Shown here one piece after another: positions 8,053-15,542 of a stretch of 26,353 nucleotides of DNA. Where the stretch lies: positions 1-26,353 of the forward strand of contig DAIUEN010000004.1 in the NCBI GenBank assembly GCA_036845085.1, given 5' to 3'. Within the stretch, counting starts at the first letter, position 1. Each line of letters starts with the position of its first letter. This DNA comes from Candidatus Nanopusillus sp. (GTDB lineage: Archaea; Nanobdellota; Nanobdellia; Nanobdellales; Nanobdellaceae). A model generated the notes under the pieces. It worked only from the letters and a program-made list of their open reading frames with translations. It had not been told where the DNA came from and searched no databases. Position numbers and translations under genes: made by a program.

Positions 8053-8916
8053 TTATATGACTATTTTTAATTCATACAATCTCTTTTTATATATATAGTT
8101 ATTGAATCCTTCGAAGAGGGAGTTAAACAATAAAAGTTTTTCTAATATTCCTTTCTTCACTTTAAAATTTACTTCTATAAAATTTATTTTATCTTCGGAA
8201 ACATTTAAAAGTTCTGAAATTTTTCTTTTTGCGGAGTTTATATCTCCAATTTCATCTATAAGTCCTATATTTATCGCTTGGAATGAATAAAATGGTAGAC
8301 CGGAGAATGCAAGTTTTTCGTTATGTATATTTCTTTTAGATTTTATATCGTCTATAAACATTTTAGTAATATTATCTAGAGTTTCTTGTATAAATTTGTA
8401 TTCTTCATCATCTAAAGGATAATAAACATTTCCTATAGTTTTATGCGGAGTAGATTCTATTATTGTTATATTTATTCCTATTTTTTCAAGTAATTTGCTG
8501 CTATCTATAAATATAGCATATGCTCCTATATTTCCAACTAATGAATCTGGAGAGGAAATTATATAATCTGATTTTGAGCATAACCAATATGCTGCAGATG
8601 TGGCTTGGTGATCTATATAACATACTATTGGTATAGAACTATTTATTTTATCTAAATAATATAGTATTTTTAGTATTGATATGTCACCTCCTGGAGAATT
8701 TATATAAAAAATTAGGCCATCATATTTGCTGCTATTTATAGTTTTTACAATAGAGTCTATATCTAAATTGTCATAAGTAATAACATCATCAATTTTTAAT
8801 ATTAATACAGTTTTCTTATTTTCATGTAATCTTAAAGAAAAAATAAAAAATAATATAAATATTATGGATAAAAGTGTTATAACTAATAAAAATTTTTTCC
8901 AAAATTTACTAAACAT
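8053..8916 (-). CDS. sppA: signal peptide peptidase SppA (S49 family, 36K type), membrane anchored
   Basis: N-terminal TM helix (FLLVITLLSIIFILFFIF), INSPGGDIS, and the nucleophile region ATSAAYWLCSKSDYIISSPDSLVGNIGAY typical of S49/ClpP-fold peptidases. Confidence 0.8.
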   Translation of the reverse strand: MFSKFWKKFLLVITLLSIIFILFFIFSLRLHENKKTVLILKIDDVITYDNLDIDSIVKTINSSKYDGLIFYINSPGGDISILKILYYLDKINSSIPIVCYIDHQATSAAYWLCSKSDYIISSPDSLVGNIGAYAIFIDSSKLLEKIGINITIIESTPHKTIGNVYYPLDDEEYKFIQETLDNITKMFIDDIKSKRNIHNEKLAFSGLPFYSFQAINIGLIDEIGDINSAKRKISELLNVSEDKINFIEVNFKVKKGILEKLLLFNSLFEGFNNYIYKKRLYELKIVI

Positions 8917-8920
8917 TATT

Positions 8921-9898
8921 TTAGTTCTTTGGAGCTAGAGATATATATTCTATTTTTACTTTCTCTTCTTTTTTATGAGGTCTTATCGCTTTTCTTAGTA
9001 TTATTAATCTTTTTATAGAACCACCAATAGATCCTTTTATGGCAATCCAAGTATTTTTAATAACTCCATAATGAGGCCATCCTGATTTTGGATTTATTTC
9101 TTCAGGATTATCTGATATCTTTAATATTAGTTTATTGTATTCTGTTCTCCTAAAGAATCCATATTGACCTGGCATTGGAGTTGTAGGGAATATTCTGTGC
9201 ATTCCTCTTGCTCCTCTTGATTGTACATGCCTAGCAGAATCTCCTACTTTGTGTTCTCTTGGTTGTATAGTAACTCCAAATCTCTTTACTTCTCCGGTAA
9301 ATCCATGACCTTTTGTAATAGATATTACATCTATGTATTCTCCTTCTTTGAAAATGTCTGTTAATTTTAATTCTTTATTTATCATGTTTTTTGCATATTC
9401 ATATGCTTTTTTAATGTCTTTTCCTCCAATAGGTATTTCAAAGACTTCTGATTTCTTCTTTTTTACTGTAGTCAACCATGGCTGAGTATGTACTATTAAT
9501 TTAACTAACTTTGTTTTTTCTATTAAGCTATCTGCTTTTTTTAAGTCTTCTATAATATCTTCGTTATTTACAATGGTTTTTATCTTTCTTTTTACTCTTT
9601 CATCTATATTATTTGATAAAACTTCATACATAGATTGATATCCTTTATTTATATCATATCTATATAATCTAAATCCAAGTACTTTTATGGGGGGAACTTC
9701 TAAAATTGTAACTGGAGTAAATGTATTATCATTAATCAAGAAATGTGTCATTCCGACTTTATAACCTGCAAAAGCTACAGGAATAGTTTCTTCTATTTCA
9801 GGCCAATTTTTTATTCTCGGATAAATTCTTTTACTTCTAACTCTTGGCCAAAATTGCATAGATCCTCTTCTTGGTTGATGTCTTCCATGTTGTGGCAT
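8921..9898 (-). CDS. rpl3: 50S ribosomal protein L3 (uL3)
   Basis: MPQHGRHQPRRGSMQFWPRVRSKR N-terminus, FAGYKVGMTH, and TKGHGFTGEVKRFGV are all uL3 hallmarks. Confidence 0.95.
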   Translation of the reverse strand: MPQHGRHQPRRGSMQFWPRVRSKRIYPRIKNWPEIEETIPVAFAGYKVGMTHFLINDNTFTPVTILEVPPIKVLGFRLYRYDINKGYQSMYEVLSNNIDERVKRKIKTIVNNEDIIEDLKKADSLIEKTKLVKLIVHTQPWLTTVKKKKSEVFEIPIGGKDIKKAYEYAKNMINKELKLTDIFKEGEYIDVISITKGHGFTGEVKRFGVTIQPREHKVGDSARHVQSRGARGMHRIFPTTPMPGQYGFFRRTEYNKLILKISDNPEEINPKSGWPHYGVIKNTWIAIKGSIGGSIKRLIILRKAIRPHKKEEKVKIEYISLAPKN

Positions 9899-9960
9899 TG
9901 AGAAATAATATTAGAATAAACTTAAAAAACTAATTTTTGAGAATAATTTTTATATTTTAT

Positions 9961-10031
9961 GGGACCGTAGGCTAGTGGCAGGCTGCTGGGTTTGGGTCCC
10001 AGTGATCGGGGTTCGAATCCCCGCGGTCCCA
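9961..10031 (+). tRNA. tRNA-Pro (anticodon UGG)
   Basis: Hand-folded cloverleaf. Acceptor GGGACCG/CGGTCCC, anticodon stem CTGGG/CCCAG with loop TTTGGGT, T arm CGGGG-TTCGAAT-CCCCG, discriminator A. CCA is not encoded. 47 of 71 nt are G/C by my count. Confidence 0.9.
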
Positions 10032-10275
10032 TTTTAATGTTTTTAAATTCTGAAAAACTCTATATGAACTATTAACTTTTTGACTATCCTGTGGACACCC
10101 TTGTAGTAGAGTTTTAAAGAATAAAAACAAGTTTAGTAAGTATATTACTTAAATTTAGTTTTACGATGGATTTTCTAAACTTTCAATCATTTCAATAAGT
10201 AATATATAGAAATACTTATTATACTAACAAAATTAAGTTTAGGACAAAAATATGAAAATTTTATTATTTAATTTT

Positions 10276-10324
10276 TCAGAGCTCAAGACCTTCATCATTT
10301 ATCAGCTGATGAGTCTTTCATCAA
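10276..10324 (-). ncRNA. C/D-box sRNA (2'-O-methylation guide), core from C box to D box
   Basis: Minus strand reads TTGATGA (C), aagactcatcag (12 nt), CTGA (D'), taa, ATGATGA (C'), aggtcttgagct (12 nt), CTGA (D). It lies in an ORF-free gap about 55 nt downstream of the DHH gene stop, on the same strand. Confidence 0.75.
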
Positions 10325-10380
10325 TAATAGAAATTCTTATTATAAAGTTATAAAATTTACTTTGTGTAAGGAAAAATATT

Positions 10381-11250
10381 TTATGTTATGCTAAATAGCA
10401 ATTCTAACTTCTTTATTACTTCACTTTCATTATCATAAGAAAATCCGGCGGCATATTCATGACCACCACCATTAAACATTTTCGCTATATCTAAAACATT
10501 TTTATTATTTAAGGTTCTTATTTCAGCTCTTTTATTTTTTGTATAAAGAATTATAATGTAATCATAATTAACATTGAGCTTTCTTTTTATATATTCTAAA
10601 TAATAAGATGACGGTATGTTGGTATCTGAGGATATTATTGCAACTTTATTATTTATAGTATACATTCTTTTATCTACATCTCTAAAGATTTTCTCAATTT
10701 CTTTTTTAAAATTTTGTAGAAGTTCTATATTACTATTTATTATTTTAGCTATATCATATCCTCTTGCTAAACTTTTTGCAATTGATATAAAATAAATATC
10801 AAAGCTTTTTGGATGAAAATACCTTATAGCCGATATTAAATCTCTAAAATTTTTTTCTATATCACTTTCAATTTTGTTAGAATCTATCTTATCTATAATA
10901 TCTATGTAATCTGCTTTTACGTCTAAGTATTCAGATAATACTTTTGTAGCAGAACTTTCTTTTTTTATGTATACTTTAACTCTTTTAGTAAGTTCTTCAT
11001 AATTTGTTTCATGATGATCTATCCAATATACTTCTTTAAAATACGAAGCCAAGTATATAGCTTCTTGATTTATTGCAATATCTGTAATATATACTGTGTC
11101 ATTTTTATCATTATTTTCTATTATTCTTAATAGATGTCTATTAATTAATTTGGGACTTGAAAAATAAACTTTGAATTTATCTCCAAATTTCTTGTACAGT
11201 AAAGATAAACACCCTATACCATCAGCATCTCCATGAGTAATATTAATCAT
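10381..11250 (-). CDS. DHH/DHHA1-family phosphoesterase (NrnA/RecJ-like)
   Basis: DHH motifs I-IV are present: HGDADGIGC, YITDIAI, WIDHHE, and GGGHEYAAGF near the C-terminus. 289 aa. Confidence 0.8.
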   Translation of the reverse strand: MINITHGDADGIGCLSLLYKKFGDKFKVYFSSPKLINRHLLRIIENNDKNDTVYITDIAINQEAIYLASYFKEVYWIDHHETNYEELTKRVKVYIKKESSATKVLSEYLDVKADYIDIIDKIDSNKIESDIEKNFRDLISAIRYFHPKSFDIYFISIAKSLARGYDIAKIINSNIELLQNFKKEIEKIFRDVDKRMYTINNKVAIISSDTNIPSSYYLEYIKRKLNVNYDYIIILYTKNKRAEIRTLNNKNVLDIAKMFNGGGHEYAAGFSYDNESEVIKKLELLFSIT

Positions 11251-11283
11251 TAAAAATAATTCCTTCTTATCATTTAAAGAAAT

Positions 11284-11391
11284 TGCGGGGGAGGGGATTT
11301 GAACCCCTGGCGGGCCTTAACCCATCGGGTCTCTTACCATAATTTTAAGCGGTCTTAAGCCCGACCCCTTTGACCGCTCGGGCACCCCCGC
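11284..11391 (-). tRNA. tRNA-Leu (anticodon UAA) with a 23-nt intron at the canonical 37/38 position
   Basis: Minus strand: acceptor GCGGGGG/CCCCCGC plus discriminator A, anticodon stem TCGGG/CCCGA, loop CTTAAG|intron|A, long variable arm, T arm AGGGG-TTCAAAT-CCCCT. Confidence 0.9.
11331..11353 (-). other. tRNA-Leu intron (bulge-helix-bulge substrate)
   Basis: Intron is accgcttaaaattatggtaagag. Exon CUUA pairs with intron UAAG to form a 4-bp central helix. Two 3-nt bulges flank it, both AG|A, followed by an intron CC/GG helix. The boundary is ambiguous by 1 nt because A occurs on both sides. Confidence 0.8.
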
Positions 11392-11450
11392 GATATCTTT
11401 TATATTACATTTAAAATGTTTTTTAAGCTTTTTTGTTATCAAAAATTTTA

Positions 11451-11867
11451 ATGGTAACATTATATTTAAAAGGAGGGCTTTCTGTATATCAAGGTAAAGA
11501 TTTAAGGAAAGATAATGGTAAAAAGTTAGCCAGAATTCACAAAAAGAGAAAATATGAATATGGAAGAGAGCCTATACTAACGAAAATCTCAAAGAAATCT
11601 GAAGAAGTTAGATATAACGTTAGAACTAAATTCGGAAATATAAAAACTAAACTAAAAGAAGCATTATATGCTAATGTATATGATCCTATCAATAAAGTTT
11701 TCAAAAAAGTAAAAATATTAGATGTTGTAGAAAATCCCAATGATAAGAATTTAAATAGAAATAAAATAATAACTAAAAATACAATTATTAAAACAGAATT
11801 GGGTAATGCAAAAGTTATTTCTAGGCCTGGTCAAGATGGTGTTATAAATGCAATACTTCTGAAGTAG
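11451..11867 (+). CDS. rps8e: 30S ribosomal protein S8e
   Basis: KKRKYEYGREP, VRTKFGNIKTKL, KVKILDVVENPNDKN and the C-terminal SRPGQDGVINAILL are classic eS8 blocks. The start (ATG 11451 versus TTG 11433) is uncertain. Confidence 0.85.
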   Translation: MVTLYLKGGLSVYQGKDLRKDNGKKLARIHKKRKYEYGREPILTKISKKSEEVRYNVRTKFGNIKTKLKEALYANVYDPINKVFKKVKILDVVENPNDKNLNRNKIITKNTIIKTELGNAKVISRPGQDGVINAILLK

Positions 11868-11905
11868 GACTAAATTTTTAAATATTTTTATTATTTAATT
11901 TTGGT

Positions 11906-12124
11906 ATGGAAATCTTAAGACCTCTAGATGTTATAAATCAATCTAAAGGTAAAGAAATAATAGTTGAGATGAAAAATGGAAAAGCATATAAAGGATTATT
12001 AGTTGCATGGGATGCTCATCCAAATATGGTATTAGAACAAGTAGTAGAATTAGATACGCAGAAAAGATATTCTTGGATATTCTTAAGGGGAGATAATATA
12101 TCTTTGATAAAACCTAGCGAATAA
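11906..12124 (+). CDS. Sm-like archaeal protein (SmAP/LSm)
   Basis: 72 aa. Sm1 (IIVEMKNGKAYKGLLVAWDAHPNMVL) and Sm2 (IFLRGDNISLI) motifs. Confidence 0.85.
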   Translation: MEILRPLDVINQSKGKEIIVEMKNGKAYKGLLVAWDAHPNMVLEQVVELDTQKRYSWIFLRGDNISLIKPSE

Positions 12125-12125
12125 C

Positions 12126-13307
12126 TTGGTATTTACTGTTATTATAGGTAAACCAAATTCTGGAAAGAGTTCTTTTTTTAAATCTTTAACTTTTTATTCT
12201 TTCCAAAATGCAAAAGATATTGTATTAGAATCTGATTTTAACTTAGGAAAAGCTTTTGTTATTGCAGACTGTCCAGACAAACTATTTAATAAAAAATGTA
12301 ATCCGAGAGAGGGATTTTGTAAACATGGTAAAAGATATATTCCAATAGATATAATGGATACACCGGGTATCATAAGAAGAAATAGTGAAAAAAATTTAGA
12401 AGATAAGTTTGTTCATGCAATAAAAGATGCTGAAGGATTCATAAATGTGATAGATATATCTGGTACTACAGATGAAAATGGAAAAGGTGTAGTTTTGGGA
12501 TCTTACGATCCTTTACAGGATTTTGAGTGGGTTGAGAATGAAATATATTATTGGTTTTATTCTAGAATAAAGAAAAATATTTTGTCTATAAAAAGAAAAA
12601 TATTCTTAGATAAGAATAAAAAGTTCGAAAAGGTAGTTCAAATAATACAATCTTTTAAGATTAGTAGAGAAAAAATAATTTATTCTATGAAAAAATTCAA
12701 TATAGATGAAGACAGTATATTTAATATTGATGATGAAACATTATTTAAGTTTTTAATATACTTATTTAGGTTATCAAAACCTTTTGTTTATGTTGCCAAT
12801 AAAATAGATTTGATATCTTCTAAAAAATATTATGAAAAAGCCTTGAAAAAATATAAAGATAAAATAATTTTGCCAGCATCTTCTTATATTGAGTTGGGTT
12901 TACTTACTCTAGAAAAAGAGGGTAAAATTGAATATTTCCCACTTGATGGAGAAATAATAATAAAGAAAAAAGATAAATATACTGAAAACTTTGTAGAATA
13001 TGCTAAAATGTCTTTTTTTGAAAATTTCAAAGTAAATGGGGTATTTTTATCTTTAAATACTCTAATTTTTAATTTGCTTGGTTATATTGTGGTATATCCT
13101 GTAAAAAATATAGATTTAACAGATTCTAATGGAAATGTTATGCCAGATGCAATATTTTTGAAATACGGAAGCAATATAAGAGATTTAGCCCGAAGAATAC
13201 ATAAAGATTTAGATAAAGATATAATTAAAGGTATTGAGTTAAAAACTAAAAAAATCTTGTCTGAAGAAGATATTTTACAAAATGGGGATGTTATAAAAAT
13301 ACTATAA
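12126..13307 (+). CDS. Obg-like (YchF/OLA1-related) GTPase with C-terminal TGS-like domain
   Basis: G1 GKPNSGKSS, G3 DTPGI, G4 NKID. The Cys-containing insert CPDKLFNKKCNPREGFCKHGKRYIPIDIMDTPG is typical of the archaeal branch. The C-terminus LSEEDILQNGDVIKIL is TGS-like. The TTG start lies one base after the Sm stop codon. Confidence 0.8.
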   Translation: MVFTVIIGKPNSGKSSFFKSLTFYSFQNAKDIVLESDFNLGKAFVIADCPDKLFNKKCNPREGFCKHGKRYIPIDIMDTPGIIRRNSEKNLEDKFVHAIKDAEGFINVIDISGTTDENGKGVVLGSYDPLQDFEWVENEIYYWFYSRIKKNILSIKRKIFLDKNKKFEKVVQIIQSFKISREKIIYSMKKFNIDEDSIFNIDDETLFKFLIYLFRLSKPFVYVANKIDLISSKKYYEKALKKYKDKIILPASSYIELGLLTLEKEGKIEYFPLDGEIIIKKKDKYTENFVEYAKMSFFENFKVNGVFLSLNTLIFNLLGYIVVYPVKNIDLTDSNGNVMPDAIFLKYGSNIRDLARRIHKDLDKDIIKGIELKTKKILSEEDILQNGDVIKIL

Positions 13308-13341
13308 AAATATTTATAAGGAATACTATCATTTACTATTT

Positions 13342-14166
13342 ATGAGGGATAGTAACAAGATTAGTAATATAACAAATATTTTCCAAGCTAGAAACTGTAA
13401 AATAAAGTTAGACAAAAAGATAGAGGATAAGGATATCAGTGAAATTTATCAGACTATTTTGCTATTGCGTAATATAAAAGAAATAGATCGTTATAATCCT
13501 AGGGAGATTTATATATTGCAATCAATCAATAAAAGATATGATAAAATACCTTATGGACCTAAAAAGAAAGTTTATGTTTCTGTTGAAGAAGCTAAAGAAA
13601 TCTTAAATTATATAGATACAGAAAATAGCTCTGGCTTTTCACATATACTACTTGCAGAAATTTTGTATAAATTTGTCGTTAATATGGTTTATCATTGGCA
13701 GAAAATTCTGTGTGGTAAAGATAAAAAAGGAAAAAAGATTCCATGTAGGAGTGGAGAAATTATTTCCAAAAAATTATATAATCTTGTAAAAAATTATCCA
13801 GAACTTTACAGTAGTTTAATATTATACCTACATGGCAAGATTGGTATTACTCAAGAGAGATTAGAAAATTTATTGCAACATATTGATAATTTATTAAATT
13901 ACGCTATTTTAAACCCCAAAGACATAATTAGAAACAAAGAAAGTTTTTATAAGAAAATTCAAGAATATGAAATCCTCTACAGAAAAAATATAAACGAATA
14001 TTTATTATTATATTCAACATTAAAAGGATTATATGAATTAACTAACAGACCTTATAATTTTACAATATTTAGAATAATTAAAAAGAAATTATATGATAAA
14101 ACAAGAGAGGTGAATGAAAAATTTTACACAATCGATCAGGTAATTTTATCTTATAGTGATTTTTAA
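13342..14166 (+). CDS. hypothetical protein, member A of a three-gene uncharacterised family (HExxH position reads AEILY)
   Basis: 274-aa ORF with a TATA-like box (TTTATAAGG) 20-28 nt upstream of the ATG. Block VSVEEAKEILNYIDTENSSGFSHILLAEILYKF aligns by eye with VSEELKNIFEFISNKRKSD...TLLHELNHSKY of member C. Also contains HWQKILCGKDKKGKKIPCRSGE. Confidence 0.6.
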   Translation: MRDSNKISNITNIFQARNCKIKLDKKIEDKDISEIYQTILLLRNIKEIDRYNPREIYILQSINKRYDKIPYGPKKKVYVSVEEAKEILNYIDTENSSGFSHILLAEILYKFVVNMVYHWQKILCGKDKKGKKIPCRSGEIISKKLYNLVKNYPELYSSLILYLHGKIGITQERLENLLQHIDNLLNYAILNPKDIIRNKESFYKKIQEYEILYRKNINEYLLLYSTLKGLYELTNRPYNFTIFRIIKKKLYDKTREVNEKFYTIDQVILSYSDF

Positions 14167-14190
14167 ATTTTAATAAAAATTTATTACTTA

Positions 14191-15105
14191 ATGGTAAAAA
14201 ATACCTATAAAATAGAGAGTTTAAGCAATAGCTTAATTATTTTAAGAGATAAAATTGGTAACATAGAAGTAAAAATAGAAATAAATATTGAAGAAAAATA
14301 CAAAAATATTATAGAATATATTTACCTAAATCTTATTTATCCAGAACTATACTATATAATAAAAAAATATGGAATAATGCTTTTATCAGATATTAAAGGC
14401 ATTATTTTTTCAGAAAATAATAATAAAAAACCAGAATATTTACATATAAGATTAGATGATCTATTAAAAAGTATTAATATTAATCAAGATAAAAATATAG
14501 CTGCAGAATATTACAACAAAATATTTAGAATTCATTTATTATATCTTATAATTAAATCTTTAGAAGAATATAAAGTTTCTAAATACAATATACTAACTAA
14601 AAATAAAAGTATAGAAATATATTATTTTATAGAAAAAATTACTATAAGAGATCTTTATGGTTTTATTACACAAGAAAAGAGTTTACCTTCTTATTTTTCG
14701 AAATTTTTAGAAAATATATTCAATAATACTATACGTGACTTGTATATTTATATTGGTATACTAAAAAATATATTAAAACATGCTAAATCCAGAAAAAATA
14801 TAAAATTAGATAAAAGGATTTCTATATATGGGATATTAAATAGATATCCTAACTATAAAGATTTAATGAAAGAGATAATTTATAATGTGGAGAATTATGA
14901 TATAACAAATATAGTGAAATATATTAATTTTAAGATACAATCATTGTATTACAGGCTTATGGGATTGTGTGATGGAATATTTTTTATCTATGATGAAAAT
15001 TTAATTGCTTTTTATAAAAATAATTATGAAAATAAAATCAAAAAAATAGAAAAACGTTTAAAAAAATTGAGAGATATGCTGGATGATTTTTATAAAAATA
15101 TATAA
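14191..15105 (+). CDS. hypothetical protein, member B of the same family (HExxH position reads SLEEY)
   Basis: 304-aa ORF. ELYYIIKKYG, then IIFSEN, then YNKIFRIHLLYLIIKSLEEYKVSKY parallel LLYYISKYG, IIIEEE and LYKVFLIYTIRTLLHELNHSKYY of member C. NRYPNYKDL parallels KNYPELYSS of member A. Confidence 0.6.
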   Translation: MVKNTYKIESLSNSLIILRDKIGNIEVKIEINIEEKYKNIIEYIYLNLIYPELYYIIKKYGIMLLSDIKGIIFSENNNKKPEYLHIRLDDLLKSININQDKNIAAEYYNKIFRIHLLYLIIKSLEEYKVSKYNILTKNKSIEIYYFIEKITIRDLYGFITQEKSLPSYFSKFLENIFNNTIRDLYIYIGILKNILKHAKSRKNIKLDKRISIYGILNRYPNYKDLMKEIIYNVENYDITNIVKYINFKIQSLYYRLMGLCDGIFFIYDENLIAFYKNNYENKIKKIEKRLKKLRDMLDDFYKNI

Positions 15106-15111
15106 AATGTA

Positions 15112-15160
15112 TCAGAACATCGTTGTATCTTCACTATTCAGTATTGCCTTGCATCATCAC
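15112..15160 (-). ncRNA. C/D-box sRNA (2'-O-methylation guide), core from C box to D box
   Basis: Minus strand reads GTGATGA (C), tgcaaggcaata (12 nt), CTGA (D'), ata, GTGAAGA (C'), tacaacgatgtt (12 nt), CTGA (D). It lies in an ORF-free gap about 45 nt downstream of the PRC-barrel gene stop, on the same strand. Confidence 0.75.
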
Positions 15161-15204
15161 TTACTTAAAAATAATAAATAAAAAGTCTTATAAAAAATAA
15201 GCTA

Positions 15205-15459
15205 TTATACTAAATCTTCTTCAGATATAACAATAAAGTCTCCTATTGCTTTTACAGCCATGAATGGTACTAGATATCCTTCTTTTGTTTTTTCTAAATT
15301 TAATCTTACAGCATGTTCTGTAGGATTCTTTAATATAATACTAATGACTTCACCACTCCTCTCATCAAACAAAAGATCTGCAACATCACCTAATTTTCTT
15401 CCTTTGTCTGTAACTACAGATTTGTTTATTAAAGATGAAGCGTCGTATCTTTCAGCCAT
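15205..15459 (-). CDS. PRC-barrel domain protein
   Basis: 84 aa. LINKSVVTDKGRKLGDVADLLFDERSGEVISIIL ... LVPFMAVKAIGDFIVISEE follows the PRC-barrel pattern (l.G..V....G..lG.v.dl.fd...g.i..lvv ... vp...v...gd.iiv). Confidence 0.75.
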   Translation of the reverse strand: MAERYDASSLINKSVVTDKGRKLGDVADLLFDERSGEVISIILKNPTEHAVRLNLEKTKEGYLVPFMAVKAIGDFIVISEEDLV

Positions 15460-15482
15460 ATCTATTCTATAGTAATTGTCAA

Positions 15483-15490
15483 TTTATAAA
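15483..15490 (-). promoter_or_regulatory. TATA-box-like element upstream of the PRC-barrel gene
   Basis: Palindromic TTTATAAA centred about 27 nt upstream of ATG 15459. Confidence 0.4.
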
Positions 15491-15533
15491 TTAATTTATT
15501 TGCAAATTCTATATTTATCAAACAGTAGTTACA

Positions 15534-15542
15534 TTTATAAAA
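15534..15542 (+). promoter_or_regulatory. TATA-box-like element upstream of the HExxH protein gene
   Basis: TTTATAAAA centred about 25 nt upstream of ATG 15563. This supports ATG 15563 rather than TTG 15476 as the start. Confidence 0.4.

Noticed and set aside
10194-10220. The inverted repeat AATAAGTA(11 nt)TACTTATT considered as a transcription terminator.
   Set aside because: Archaeal termination relies mainly on oligo-T tracts rather than hairpins, and an 8-bp all-A/T-rich stem is expected by chance in this composition. It is kept only as a note within the ORF-free-gap finding.
10302-10324. Plus-strand CTGATGAG, which looks like a hammerhead core or a plus-strand C box.
   Set aside because: No downstream GAAA-containing helix arrangement exists for a hammerhead, and no plus-strand D box (CTGA) follows. 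The motif is simply the complement of the minus-strand D'-guide and D' box.
10252-10353. 33-aa plus-strand ORF (MKILLFNFSELKTFIIYQLMSLSSIIEILIIKL) in the tRNA-Pro/DHH gap.
   Set aside because: It is short and has no motif. It is exactly antisense to the four-box C/D sRNA, which explains the sequence much better.
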